DNA of 64,000 nt. Source: Schizochytrium sp. TIO01. Taxonomy: Eukaryota > Protista > Bigyra: Labyrinthulomycetes. The position numbers were made by a program, and so were the translations under genes. Positions 21,725 through 34,440 of this stretch are shown here, piece after piece. Below the pieces are notes generated by a model. That model was not told where the DNA came from. It did no database searches and saw only the letters and a list, made by a program, of their open reading frames with translations. The stretch spans positions 3,944,436 through 4,008,435 of the forward strand of contig SMSO01000031.1 in NCBI GenBank assembly GCA_004764695.1. The letters run 5' to 3'. Every line of letters begins with the position of its first letter. The stretch's first letter is position 1.

Positions 21725-23373
21725 TGAGTCGTTTTACGCCGTGTGTTATTTCCCTCTCTATCCTCGCGGTCATGATGTTTAGAGCGCTTGTTTTGCAATA
21801 TATGGTCTTGCAATACCGGAGCCATCTCTTTTGACCGTCGCAACTCTTTCTCATCGGCATCCATTATAAAATCTTTCAAATCAGATGTTGCTGATCTTTG
21901 TACTCCATCTTTCCCCTGATGTACAGAGAGTTCTTCTTTCCCTGCTTGCTTGCCCTTTTCCGATTCGAACTTCTGTGCATCACCTTTAACCTTTAAAAAA
22001 CCAGATGAGTTGCTACTTTGGATCAAGCGATTATTCGTTTGGATAGAAGACATATTATCAGAAAGTCTCTTCTTTTTGGAATCGTTGTTTGTATCTTTAC
22101 TGAGGCCTAACCTCCGGAGGTCAATCGCCATGCAAGTCAAGTTGTCATCTGAGCCTCGTTCAAGAGCAAGTTTCGTCAAATGATTTGCACCGCCTTCAGG
22201 CCCATACTTGAGAAGAATCTCCTGTGCTTCCTCGTTTGAGATCATATCCCATACACCATCTGAGGCAATACAAAGCACTGCGGCCTCATCGCCCAGGGGC
22301 ACCTCGCAAGTTGCCATTTCCGGGGTACCAGTCACAAAGGGTTTTAAACCAGCATCACCGAGCGCTCTACTCACAGCAAGGCAACCCTGTACACGTGCCA
22401 ACCCACCACACATGATTACCATCCCTCCTTGGTCTCGAATGCGTTCCGCTTCGTCATTGAGGCCAGGTGAATGATCCCTGGTAAGCACTTCAACTCTTTG
22501 TCCAGCACGTGCAAGCACACAGCGAGAGTCACCAACGTTGCCCACCGTTAGACTTAATCCCTTTTCTGGATCGCATTTAACAATTGCAACAGTGGCTGTG
22601 GACCCATCCTGCAAGCTTCTCTCATGCGAGAGCTCGCAAAACACATTGTCTAAACACTCGAATGCAGCTTGCATTGCACGTTCAGGTTTTGACTCAACCT
22701 CTGCGTGGTTTGCTAAAATTTTGAGGAGCTCTGCAGCGCAAAACTCGGCGCACAAGCTACCACCATGACCGTCATACACACCAAAGAGATGCAAATCCTG
22801 GTCATTAACACAGAGCTTGGTCGAAAAACAGTCCTCCATATACTCGCGATTCCCTTGCATTGCAACACAATAAAATTGGCCATGTGGTCCGCATTCAGTG
22901 CGCTCTCTTGCTACTTCATGGTCTGTGTTTATGGGTTGTTGCCCTAGTTCGCCTTGCTTGCTTCCGTGGGCACTACTATTAATTTCATTACTGTGAGAAG
23001 ACTCAGCGTTTAGAGATCTACGATCAAGATGCGCTTGGAGGCTTGTGCGGACTCGTTCCTGTTCTTGGCATTCTGTTTGATTAGATCGTGCTCTATCCTC
23101 TTTCTGCTGTGCATAGTAGAGTCTTGTAACCTGTGCTGCGGTCATTAAGCCCTGCAGTTGCCGCCACATGTCACGTTCACGCTCATTTACACCATCTGTT
23201 TCTGCACGCCCAATCACTCCGGCATTATTCAACTCCAGACTCTCTGAAGATATTGGCAGAGCTCTACTTATCCCATGAGCATGAACTTCTGGTGTTGTGT
23301 TTGTCGCGGTTTCTGCGTCTTCACGTGCACCAGGTTTCGCCCTTTGAGGCACACTTTGTTTCTGCCGCCCCAT
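21721..23373 (-). CDS. PP2C/PPM-family protein phosphatase
   Basis: Motifs MQGNREYMED, FGVYDGHGG, DGSTA, NVGDSR, DH, LAVSRALGD, ASDGVWD, SDDNLT. Confidence 0.95.
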   Translation of the reverse strand: MGRQKQSVPQRAKPGAREDAETATNTTPEVHAHGISRALPISSESLELNNAGVIGRAETDGVNERERDMWRQLQGLMTAAQVTRLYYAQQKEDRARSNQTECQEQERVRTSLQAHLDRRSLNAESSHSNEINSSAHGSKQGELGQQPINTDHEVARERTECGPHGQFYCVAMQGNREYMEDCFSTKLCVNDQDLHLFGVYDGHGGSLCAEFCAAELLKILANHAEVESKPERAMQAAFECLDNVFCELSHERSLQDGSTATVAIVKCDPEKGLSLTVGNVGDSRCVLARAGQRVEVLTRDHSPGLNDEAERIRDQGGMVIMCGGLARVQGCLAVSRALGDAGLKPFVTGTPEMATCEVPLGDEAAVLCIASDGVWDMISNEEAQEILLKYGPEGGANHLTKLALERGSDDNLTCMAIDLRRLGLSKDTNNDSKKKRLSDNMSSIQTNNRLIQSSNSSGFLKVKGDAQKFESEKGKQAGKEELSVHQGKDGVQRSATSDLKDFIMDADEKELRRSKEMAPVLQDHILQNKRSKHHDREDREGNNTRRKTTH

Positions 23374-24173
23374 ACCTTCCAGGCACCTTTTGACTTTACG
23401 CTGGTGGCTTTTTATGTCTTGACTCTTAGTACGGTGACCTTGTGTCTTTGACGTGGGCTTTGATAGTGCTCCAACTGCTGTTACTGCTGGCCTTGGCCCT
23501 TGACTACAATATTGTGGTCTCTGTTATTTCCGCACAGACGTCTCAGACGCTCGTTACAGGTGGCAGCTGTTTGCGATGCCCTCCCTAGCAACGCGATTCT
23601 AGATCCTCCAGAAACAAAGAACCTATGTATTTCTCAAAGAGATCTTTAAAGAGGGCCAACGTCGAGGCGTTTGACCAATCACCGCCGATTCTCTGACACG
23701 CCGTCCGGTGTTATGCTTTTGATCAGATCATTCTATAGATTCCTGTTCCCGAGCCGGTTTGAATCGAGTAGTAGTACCCATTTAGGGGAAAAGCTTAACT
23801 ACGACCATGATTTAGTCATTTATCTATCTATGTATTTATTTAGCAAGCAAGATTTCTTTGAAGACTCGGACATACATGACAAGAGCATTCGATAGCCTAG
23901 TACTTCGCCTTTCATAAACAGGATTGTGTCTAGCCACTTTCAAAGCTCAAATGTAGAACCAGAAAGAGTATATTGGAGTTCAGCAAGCAGGCCCAAGAAG
24001 ACCCAACAGTATATGGATAGTATTAGACAAGCGAATCAGGTTGACATAGTCATAGTCGCTTACCAACATTTGTACTGCTTCTATTCTTTGAAGCATACAA
24101 AGATACTTTATGAGCTTTCAAATTTTGGCGCCTGGTAAATAAATCACTGCCGCGGTAAGGGTTTCAGCTTGGT

Positions 24174-24268
24174 CAATACAATACAATACAATACAATACA
24201 ATACAATACAATACAATACAATACAATACAATACAATACAATACAATACAATACAATACAATACAATA
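24174..24268. repeat. (CAATA)19 pentanucleotide microsatellite
   Basis: Directly visible perfect tandem array. Confidence 0.95.
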
Positions 24269-24978
24269 TAATTGGGTAGACTAAAATGTTCTTGTTTTCA
24301 ATAATCCTGCACTTTAGAAAGGACCCTCCATTCCTCCCATTTAAATCAACATTTTATTTGCAGGGTCCGTGGTGGTAGCGCAAATATTTGACCAAAATGT
24401 TGAGCAGCGTGTGTGTAGCGATTGATATTCAGGCTAGAGAAGTTATGTTCTCCTTTATAGTACCAACTACTATCCACGTACTCTTTTAATTTTAAAGTTT
24501 TAATTGAGAAGAAGAAGAAGAAGAATGCCTCGTAGTATTGCACAGAGTCATTTTACAGAAAAAACCAACTCCTTCTACTTAAAATTAGTTATACTCCGAA
24601 TCGGGTAGAAACTTGAACTTATGTAAAAAAAATCACTCATTCATTAACTTGTAACATGGTTTGAAAACAGTGATCTAACTTTTACATAGGTAGGTAGCAG
24701 GTATATACCTCCATTCCTATGTAGTGAAAGAGGCTTTTAAACTTTGAAAATTAAGATAGACAACGGATCATTTTATACAGAAGATAAGTACACACCGTCT
24801 TGAAGATTTTGTTTTGAATATCGCACTCTACCAAGTTCTCCTTGTTAGCTGAGCGGTTGCATCTCCCCCGATTATCAGGCACGAGCACAAACCCACACGC
24901 AGAGCCTAGGCAGTCACCACGGGCTCTACATACGTGCCACAATCCTGTGGCGACGTCAAGGTTGCGGGTAGGAAGAAG

Positions 24979-26013
24979 ATGCCGTCGAAAATCACAGCTG
25001 GCACCAAGAGATACGCAGGACCTAGCTCGAAAGATAACGCAAAGGTCTCTGGATGCAAGGTATACTCGGAGGTACTTTTGGAGAGCATTGTTCGAGACGA
25101 TGACAAGAATAATCTTAGCAGGTTTGAGGGTAAGAGTCAGTTGCCTGGCAACGTAGATAAGAGACGTAACAGCCTTGCACGTCAGAAAAAACAACTTGCA
25201 GCGGCGATTGAAGAGAAGAAAGTTTTGCGGAATCGAGCATATTGGGCAAAGATGGAGCTGGTCCAAGCCCAGTCGGAGAGAGCAGTGAGAGACCGACTCG
25301 AGCACCTACGAGCTAAGAAAGAAGCTCACTTTCAGAAAATGTACCATGAGGTCCTGGATACGAAGGAATATACTCGTCATGTTGACGAAATGCTTGATTT
25401 TCATGATCAAATGGAGGAACGCAAAAAACAGCAGCGTTATCAAGAATGGCATGATAAAGTTTTTTCTAAGATTCAAGCCAAAATTGCGAACGAGATGTCT
25501 TCTCGTGACCCTGAGGAGTTTCGTCGATTGCTACGTCTTGAATACGAGAAATATTTGCAAGCAACGAACGAACAAGATACAATATTTCTAGATATCGTCA
25601 TTGAGAGTGCTTACAACCCATTCACAGTTAACAATCACACTATACAAGTCGCATTAGGTGAGCTAGATGATCCTACTCAAAGCGTTATCACAAAGTTTCG
25701 TAAAGAGCAAAATATGATCCCTAGCGCAAATGGACCTCGTTCACGAAGGAATGCAAATCTCGCTTCAAGAGGAGCACTAGAGGTTGGGATGTGGGCATCA
25801 GGTAAGATTGAAAGTACACCCCACGGATACTTTTCGAAGCTCATAGGATCTGCTGGCAAAGACTCGCACCCTGTCCCGGCCAATGCAAAATCGCGGGTTC
25901 AACTTGATCACTTCACATACCCAACTGATCGTGCCGCTGTTGACGCCGAGTTTCCCAAAGGGAAAAGAACGGACTTTTCGCACCTCAAATATCACCCCAG
26001 CAACAAAAAGTAA
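24979..26013 (+). CDS. FAM228-like coiled-coil protein (putatively ciliary)
   Basis: VDEMLDFHDQMEERKKQQRYQEWHDKVFSKIQAKI and FLDIVIESAYNPF resemble FAM228 family motifs (recalled). ATG at 24979. Confidence 0.6.
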   Translation: MPSKITAGTKRYAGPSSKDNAKVSGCKVYSEVLLESIVRDDDKNNLSRFEGKSQLPGNVDKRRNSLARQKKQLAAAIEEKKVLRNRAYWAKMELVQAQSERAVRDRLEHLRAKKEAHFQKMYHEVLDTKEYTRHVDEMLDFHDQMEERKKQQRYQEWHDKVFSKIQAKIANEMSSRDPEEFRRLLRLEYEKYLQATNEQDTIFLDIVIESAYNPFTVNNHTIQVALGELDDPTQSVITKFRKEQNMIPSANGPRSRRNANLASRGALEVGMWASGKIESTPHGYFSKLIGSAGKDSHPVPANAKSRVQLDHFTYPTDRAAVDAEFPKGKRTDFSHLKYHPSNKK

Positions 26014-26419
26014 CAAGGTATCAAATTAGATTTTAAAAACAAATGTGATTATTGCCCAAATGGATGCATCATTACCGAAAAGGGTAGAAACATAAATTGT
26101 CAGTTCCTGGACCATTAAGGTTGTGCCCTGAAAGTTCACTTTTTGGGAACGATATTGGTTTGTTGTTTCCTTTCCCGAATTTATTATATATAACAACCTA
26201 CACTCCTATAAACGATTTTTACCTTAGCCGAAGTAAAATTGATGAAGTGTAGCATTATCTCCATAAGCAACATCATTGTAAGCAATGCACTTCACCTACA
26301 TAGCCTAGTCATATTGGAAGACTCAATGTTGATCAGATCGGAAGCACAAACCAATCAAACAATTCGGGGGTTAATTCATATTCACCACCTGAACTAATCT
26401 AGGATGCTCGAATACCTGC

Positions 26420-27664
26420 TTAAGTTGAATTTTTGGTAAGAAGACCCCACCTTTGCGCAAGCTCACCTTTTCCCTCATTCCATTGAAACTTTGCCAGACG
26501 CTCTGTCCAGGCTGGATCCGTCATTTTCTTGCCAGGAAGGTCTGGGCGCGTAGCAAAATCGCGCAATCGCTTCACTAGCTGTCTTTGCGTCCGATACAAA
26601 CAATCAGAAGGAAAGAGCTCGGGATAACTCAACCGGTTTGGACATAAAGGAAGGCAGCCACATGTCGCTGCTTCGAGCATTGCAATTCCATAAAATTCGT
26701 GCCTTGCTGTTGAGACTGCAACGTCCATTTGGCAAAGAAGATCAATGTAGTCTTGGCGGGACTCAACTCTCCCCCATTGCTTAATGTGAACATTTGAAAG
26801 CGATTGCACTTTACTGCGAGCTTTGTCAGCTGCATCTTGTCCCGAGGCTGTGGTCTCTCCTAGAATATAGACCTCAATGACATGGTGATCATCGAGCTGA
26901 GAAAATTCCTCCAAGGTCGAGATCCACTCTTCACAGCCTTTGTCATGCTCGAAGCGATGAGGCCATACTACACGAAGAGGTTCTCGACGAACGTCCATCG
27001 AACTAAGAATAGCGCGACATTGTAGTTTGACAGTGATAGGCACGCCAAGAACTTTGGCTTTACTTCGCAACATAGAGATGTCGATAGCAGGAGGGCGGTT
27101 TTTTGATGGGATCTTATTTAAAAAGCTTGGAATCAGCTTGAAAAATGACTCCATGTTATATGTAGAATTAAAAACAATTTCGTCTACACAAAGACAGCTC
27201 ACAATTTGATTCCAGCCCAGGTTAAAAGCAGATTGGCCTATGCTCTGCTTGGCATTGCTTGACTGTCTTGGATACTCAAGCTGGTTTTCGTGAAAGTACA
27301 AAATTTTCTTAGCCTTTGTTAGATCGGGACGCAATCCAAGTAGCTCTGAAACATTCATCATCGCAGAGAAGATTATCGTCTCTACTTTTTCCCCATCATC
27401 TTTAGTTATTTCATGAGCGAAATAAGATGCACTCACAAGCATACGCCAGTGCCATTTTGCAGTTCCTGGCCAACCGACAACTTTACAAGTTGTTGGTGCC
27501 TGCTTTAGAGTCTCGCATAGCTGAGCATGCGATCCACTAAGAAAGGGCTCCACGATGATAGTTGATGAGTTCAGCTTTTCCATCTCGAGTCCTTCTTTCT
27601 CCTGCGAACAACGATTTGTGAATGGTGGCTCTTCTTCAAGGACAGCCTTATCAACCTTGTCCAT
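26420..27664 (-). CDS. GTDC1: GTDC1/QTMAN-like GT-B glycosyltransferase (DUF3524 + GT1); candidate tRNA-queuosine mannosyltransferase
   Basis: EPFLSGSHAQL, KWHWRM, YFHENQLEYP, FNSTYNMESF, WPHRFEHDK, DVAVSTARHEFYGIAMLEA, PNRLSYPELFP. First ATG at 27664; 27583 is an alternative. Confidence 0.88.
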   Translation of the reverse strand: MDKVDKAVLEEEPPFTNRCSQEKEGLEMEKLNSSTIIVEPFLSGSHAQLCETLKQAPTTCKVVGWPGTAKWHWRMLVSASYFAHEITKDDGEKVETIIFSAMMNVSELLGLRPDLTKAKKILYFHENQLEYPRQSSNAKQSIGQSAFNLGWNQIVSCLCVDEIVFNSTYNMESFFKLIPSFLNKIPSKNRPPAIDISMLRSKAKVLGVPITVKLQCRAILSSMDVRREPLRVVWPHRFEHDKGCEEWISTLEEFSQLDDHHVIEVYILGETTASGQDAADKARSKVQSLSNVHIKQWGRVESRQDYIDLLCQMDVAVSTARHEFYGIAMLEAATCGCLPLCPNRLSYPELFPSDCLYRTQRQLVKRLRDFATRPDLPGKKMTDPAWTERLAKFQWNEGKGELAQRWGLLTKNST

Positions 27665-30373
27665 GATTTGTGGTATATTGAAGCAGCACAGCCGAGCGGT
27701 TTTTGTAAACACTTGGCTGGGCTCAACAACTGTGTTTGGTTGCCGCTGATCTTAATATAATCACTACCTAGACATACTACCTAGTAGTACCTTTTTAGAA
27801 GTACAAAGTTGGGATTCTAAACTTTTGAAGTCTCTGTTTTGCATTCTCTTTTTAAAAAAGATCATTTTCCAATATTTTCAATCTTATTAGCCATAAGAAC
27901 TATGAGTTCGATGTTTCACGTTATTGGGTGTCATAGTATTGGTTTTAAAGTTAGAAACATGTATGAGTCCGTACAATTTTCAAATTCAGATATTTTTCCT
28001 TTAAATATAGTGAAATTTTGTAGCTGTTTAAGTTGCCGCATTTCATGTCAAGCCCAGATTGTGGAATTGCGATAGTTTGGAAGACTTGAATAGATGATAC
28101 CAAATTCCAAAGACTTAGAATTTAATTAAGAAAGGAGAGAGGAATTAAAGGGAACAAAAGAGCGTGGATATATAGTCTCTACTATGTTCTCTTCATGAGA
28201 TGATCCTGCAAACACTTCAGCCGCGTGTTGGAGTGAAGTAGTCTAGAACTTCTACTTGGGAGAGGTTCAACTCACAAGATATTGTTGCTAGTGATTCAGG
28301 CAATACATAACGGAAGACAAAGACTATGAATTAAATGCTTATTGACTAATCCTTTCTAATCTTTAATTGTCTAACTGCAGTAGTGATTTTTGCAGAAAAT
28401 GTTTTTGAGCAGAATAGGAGAAGGTGCCTCCTTCACTCTTGGGAAGTGTGGAAGTCATTGGGTGGCAGTTCAGGCGAAGGCACAGATCAAGCGAATATAT
28501 ACATGCTAGTGCAAGACAAACAATGCGGAAATGAGTATATAAACTGAATTGGTACTCGTACACTAGTAAACACCCATAATGAATAGTGTCAAAGGATAAA
28601 ATTGATATTGGGGCAGAAACTTACAGCGTTGACAGTGCATCTTCAATGAACAAGAATGTATGCCAGTGCAGTATTTATGCATTTTCTTTTTCTTCCTTTT
28701 TGTGTTGTAATGATTTTGAGAAAAACACCATGTGAAAGAATGAAACAACAAGAAGAAGAAGTTCTCGAATTGCTCACTATTTCAACCATTCCAGGGAGGA
28801 GATATGATGCAGGTTTATGTTGCATAAAAATTAGTGAGATGTAACGTCTCAGCTGGTCTCGAGAATCAGTATTTTAAATAGAAACTTCACTCAGATTCTC
28901 AAGTTTACGGAGTTGATATTACCATAGTAACTAGCCTATTGTTAGACCAACCACAATTGTAAGAGTTAATAAAAGAAAGTTGGAGAGCGTATCTTAGGTG
29001 TAGCAGGCATCTACATACATGGTCACTCGTATTTTTTTGCGCCCTTGACATGAATCGATAGGTGGCTTATCACCTATCCAGTTGCAAAAAATATTCTGAA
29101 AGAAATTGACACAGCACATAGGTAATATTATTGACGCCATGCTTCCTCCTGCTGGGTTGTTTACTTAATTGTTTTCGTAGCCTCTCAAATCTTTCAGATA
29201 TTTTCCTAATACGAAGCTATATGCTAAGGTTTGAAGTTTTCTTATTTTGTTTGTCGGTAGTAAGCTCGTACTTCAATTCTAAGAGGATATATACTAGTTA
29301 TCAACAGTTATAAAAAAGATAAATAAGCAATTAACTACTTCGTTATTTTTCAAGTTGTAAACAATTTATGGTAGTAGGTACCTGGTGGTCTTAAAGGGAA
29401 TAAAGAAAATGCTGCATCCAACGGCTCTAAATAAAATGTTATGCCATGTTGAGGGGATACCACTTTCGTCGCATGAGGCCTTGTGAAGTATAAATATGAG
29501 GCCTTCTAACAGATAGGAAACACAGAGATAAATCTTCACCAGTATTGCGAGTGCCCTTTACAAGTTGCCGAAGTTAGCTTTCCTTTTTTCAAGTAGTATC
29601 AGGCCGGGCCGCACCTTTTCATTCTTTTTACTTTGTTCTATGTAAGTATTTGAAAAGCTACCTACTGAATAGTAATATGGAGGAAACGATTCTCAACCAG
29701 TGATCGTACCCTTGTGTATCAAGAGAACGCGATCTAGATCCTACACAAAAAGACTTTGTCTCCGTTGTTGTGTATTGTGCTCGAAGCTTTGTTTCTCCTT
29801 CTTCACTGCCATTTTTTTTTTTTAAATTGTAAAAAAGGAATTAGCACGTTTCATTATTAGTCCTTGAGTACACATAATTAGAGTAGGGAGACAAGCAATT
29901 TCGACCATCATAAGACCTACATTTGTTCCCAAGGAGCGCAGGGGCAGAGTAGTGCAAGGCGAAACAGCGCAGGTGACCAATCTAGAGCGTTCGGACGTGG
30001 CTACGGTCTGTGGCTTGCTTGGAGCTAGCTTGGGGCTATCTTGCAAAGGCTATACACGACAAGACAACAAGCTAAGTTTCCTCTCTGTACTGTAGACCTC
30101 GCCCAAAGTAAAAGGCAGCAAGCTCAGAAAACTACTCAACACCGTCGAGCGAAATTTTAGCGGTACTTTTTGGAGACAAATTATTCATCGTGGACTTATC
30201 TTCCGGCTACAACGCGAGGCTGGGAAGGCAGTCTGCTCTTCTTTGGAGAGCGTTAATTTAGTTGATCAGCGATATAGAGTAGAAGAAAAATACAGCAACT
30301 AACGCAGCAGATTACGCTTCAGGCGAGGTGAGAGCTAAGTAGAGTTTGTGGATCTATCCATCCACCGAGCGAA

Positions 30374-33300
30374 ATGTCCACATCGTCAGAAAATGCCAGT
30401 GGTGAAGGCCTTGTGCCTGGATGTGAAATTTGTACTCGTGATGATTTAATCGATCGACAATTTCACTATAAACCAACAATGTTCTTTGAGAATACCACAA
30501 TTTTGCCCTGGCAAACGTCACAAAACATCCGGTAGAGGAGCTCGATGGCCTCTTGAGAGTGGTGTGATTGGTAGTCAGCAATCTGCAAAGATATGCCTTC
30601 GAGGTGACGAAATCTCACCAGAGCATGCTGCAATTACTTGGGATGGGGACTCAGACACATTTTATTTAGAGTCGCTCCACGAAAGGGAGTCATATTTGCT
30701 CCTGAGTTGCGCTAGAGCATGTCGCGAGGCAATTAAACTCAAAGATGGTGATGCTTTTTTACTTTCTTATTGTAATGGACAATCATCAACCCGGCTTAAT
30801 GACCTCTACTCAAGAGCAACATCATTTACGAGGCTGAGCACTAAAACTGATTTAAACTCTTCGAATAAATCAGCATCAGCAGAACAACTTCCTGGAAAGG
30901 CGCCTACCTCAAGTGGTGTGGACCCCGCTCACTATATTCGTATTCGCGTGCGTATAGTACAAAGCAATAAACAGGGAGATCACCGTGCACCACTCGTTCG
31001 GAAGCTTTCTAAACGAAGAACGTATACAATGCTGCGTGCAGGGGATAGCCCCTCCCTTCCAAGTCTGACTATGCAAAAAGCTGGTGATCTCCACCTTGAG
31101 GAGCTTTTGCAAGGCTTTCAGCAGGCCGCACAAGCTTATCAGCCGGATTCTGCAGGTTCTTTGCTTACAAATGAGCAGGCAGATATTGTAAAGAAGGAAC
31201 ATAAGGGTCACCATGTCGCATTCGCCAAACATATTGAAGGTGAAGTTACGGAAACAACAAAGGACCTTGCTCAAGATATGTCAAGGCTTCAGCGTAATCT
31301 TTTTGGTGGCTCTAGTGTTATCGAAGACGAGGCACTTCTAGATGCTGTTTGGTGTGATACAGATATAACATCAGAGCAAATGCGACTTGCTGAAGCTGCC
31401 ACTAGTCGGGTCGGTGTACAAATAAATCTGGACCTGAGCAAGATTCTGAAGAGAAGGAATCAAATACCTTTGAGGATCTCCTTTCTTCCGGTGCTGCTCA
31501 AGCTCAGCACGAACTTGATTCTTTATTTAATTGTCGTATTGAGCTTGAAATCGAAAATGGTCCAGAGGGATACAAAGGCCAAAAGTTTTCTTTTGGAGTT
31601 CATGATATTTCGATGGGCTCACATCGAATGAATGATGTTCATATTGATGGATTAGCAAACTTTCATGCTCGTATAGAACGGGACAAAGACAACCAGTATT
31701 GGCTGAGGGATCTCGCAGGTGGACGCACCCTATCTACACTACTGGTGCTTCGAAATGAACGGAAAGTTCCGATTTTACCTGATGATATTTTTCGGTTTGG
31801 GACACACCAGGAAATCACAGCTCGGACGACTACTGAAAGTATGGGGGCAGCTAATGAGATTTGGGACGCTATTGCGGTATGTGTTTCTAAAACCAGGAAA
31901 TCTCTAAGATATCGTCAGTTGGATGATGATAGTGGTGAACCATCTATTCCTGCCTTCTTCGTAATGACGTCAAGCGTTGAAGACATTGTTATTGGCCGAA
32001 AGGTGTTAGAGTGCGACATAGCTGTTAAAGACTACGAGATGCCTCCTTTTGCAGCTACAATCTCAGCCTACGAACGCAATTTCTATGTAAGTGCAATGCC
32101 GGAGAGTCGAAAGAAAGGCGTTTTCATTGAGCTGAGTCGCCGTGAAAATGATCCACATGGATTCAATGGTAAAGCCAAGAATCCTCTAGGTAGACTTCAT
32201 CCTCTTAACAAAGGAGACACGTTTAAAATTGGTCGCTCGCAGCTCACAGTGGCTGCCAAAAAGGTTGAACACTCTGACGCTATAAATCGAAGACATAGTG
32301 AGACATTTAAGGCATTGAGACGTGTTAACTTATTCAAAGGACTTCTCGATGACGAGCTTCGGCAATTGGCATCAGCTGTTTGTATAATCAAATTCAAAGA
32401 GGGGGATGTAATTATTCGGCAAGGAAGCAAAGTTACTGGAATGTTTGTCGTAGCAGAGGGTTTAGCTCATGTCTTTCATGAGAACTCGCCAGACAAAATA
32501 CTAAACAAAGTTTCAGTCGATAACGTACTCGGTGAAATGGCTCTCTTTGCAAATGCACCTGCTACGGCATCTGTGCGCGCCTCAGGAGATATGACGTGTC
32601 TCTATATTGACTTTTATCTGGCAAAGGCAGTTATCCACCCGTCTAACTTTGAGGTAATTAAAACATTAGTGGATCATCGACGTACCCAAGCCCATGTCCA
32701 CGATCTGCAAAATGTTCCAGAACTGCAGGATCTTGATAACTCTAAGCTTCTTATGCTATCAAGACGTTTGTTTCGAGTAGTTATTAATAGCCCTTCTCAG
32801 CTCTTTAATATCGGAGATGAACATGAATGCATGTACATTGTAAGCGTCGGAAAACTTTACATATCAACCTCCCCCGAATCTAACCGGCGTCAGCGCTCGT
32901 TTAAACCGCTGTCACGACGGAACTCATATGTCCCAGTTCCGGGTGGAGGACACATCTTTGAAAAAATGTTACAAAACGCACTTAATGAACCAAGAAAACC
33001 ATTTAAATCTCCTTATTCTGTGGCAACAAATGAGGAGGTTGTTCTGTTTGGTTTACATCGTGATGATTATGTCAGTGTTATGAAAATGGACGAAGCCAAA
33101 ATTAGGGAGGAGTTGGAGACATCTCGGGTTAAAATCAATGATCTCTTGCCAGAGCATTTTGCTTCGGACCGTATACTTTCTGCCAGACACCTAATAACCC
33201 CAATTTCATCTCCACAAACACGAACAGCTCCAGTTGACATAACGGCGCAATCTAAAGGCTCCGTGACAGACACCGGCTCTGTGCTCTCAAATCGCCCAAG

Positions 33301-34141
33301 CACTGACTCTTTTAAATTTTCCCCCATTCAAAAGAGTACAAAGTCGAAATCAGTGGCAGCTTCTCTTCGAATTTCTCCAGATGATCTAGTCACTATGGGG
33401 GGCTCTGAGCGTCTTCGGCTTGGTCGTCGAAACTTATCAACATCCAAGAGCCAAAGTGTCGATGAGGGCTCTGAAGGCGATACTCTTGCATACCTTGAAC
33501 GGCTCGTCTCTGGGAACACTATTTCAAGCGAACCTGACTCTTTACATTCGAATGCAACAATGGACATAGATAATGATGATGGTGACACCATTTCATTAGC
33601 TTCGACTGAAACAGCGGAAATGTCCGATCTTGAAAGTGCAGAAATTTTGACGGATGATGAGACCTTCGATATGGAGCTTTTTTCAAAACGAACAGAGCTC
33701 GAAACTCGGCTACATGGCATGTCTCTGGGACAAATTGAGAATGAGCTTGCTAATGAGCCGTTCTATTTAATTCTAAAGTGTATTGCAGGACCTCAAAAGC
33801 GACAGCTGTTCATTCTCACATCCTCTGTGACTATCATCGGTCGGTGGACATCTACGAGTCGTGATGAGGAGTTGTCCGACCCGCTCCCTGGTCGGCGCGT
33901 AATTTCTCTCAATGACCGTACTGTGAGTCGAGTGAACTCTATTGTCCAGTACCGAAATGGAGATTTCTTCTTGCATGATGTAGAAAGTAAGTATGGTACT
34001 CATATTAAACTCAAGGCAAATGAGGACCTTAAACTTGAAATCGGGGATATTATCTCTTGTTCTCAACATGAGTTTAAGATATATGCACGAGCGAGGGTGA
34101 ACTTGTCGGCACAAAAGTCTGCATGTTGTTCGATATCATAG
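30374..34141 (+). CDS. Large multi-FHA + cyclic-nucleotide-binding-domain protein with C-terminal CaaX; reading frame broken twice in this sequence (about 30485 and 31405-31414)
   Basis: Three segments join into one frame (about 1253 aa): ATG 30374, the ORF at 30486, and the frame of ORF 31613, which is open from about 31406. FHA-like motifs IGS..ISPEHAAI, IELEIENGP..MGSH..HARI..LRDL, IGRK..GDTFKIG, IGRW..VSRVNS..LHDVESKYGT. CNB motifs GDVIIRQG..GMFVV..GEMAL. Ends in CCSIS. Confidence 0.75.
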
Positions 34142-34440
34142 CAAAAGAAATGGGAGACAAACAAGTGCATGATGACAATAATTAATTGAAAGTCAAGAAA
34201 GTTATGCTTATTCATTTTGCTCAATTCACCTACGACTATATAATTAGATCAATACTCACGGCTTTCCTGCAAGTCGGGTTCTTTCTCTAGACACGACGAC
34301 AAAAGAGTCAAGCTTAGAAATATATTCTATATTACAAGACTGCAAACTTAAATAAAAGTCGCACAATCCGAAATAAAAATTTCTTTGATACCAAAATCAT
34401 TTTCAGGTATAAGATAGTCAGCGGGCAGGTTTAGGTGGAG

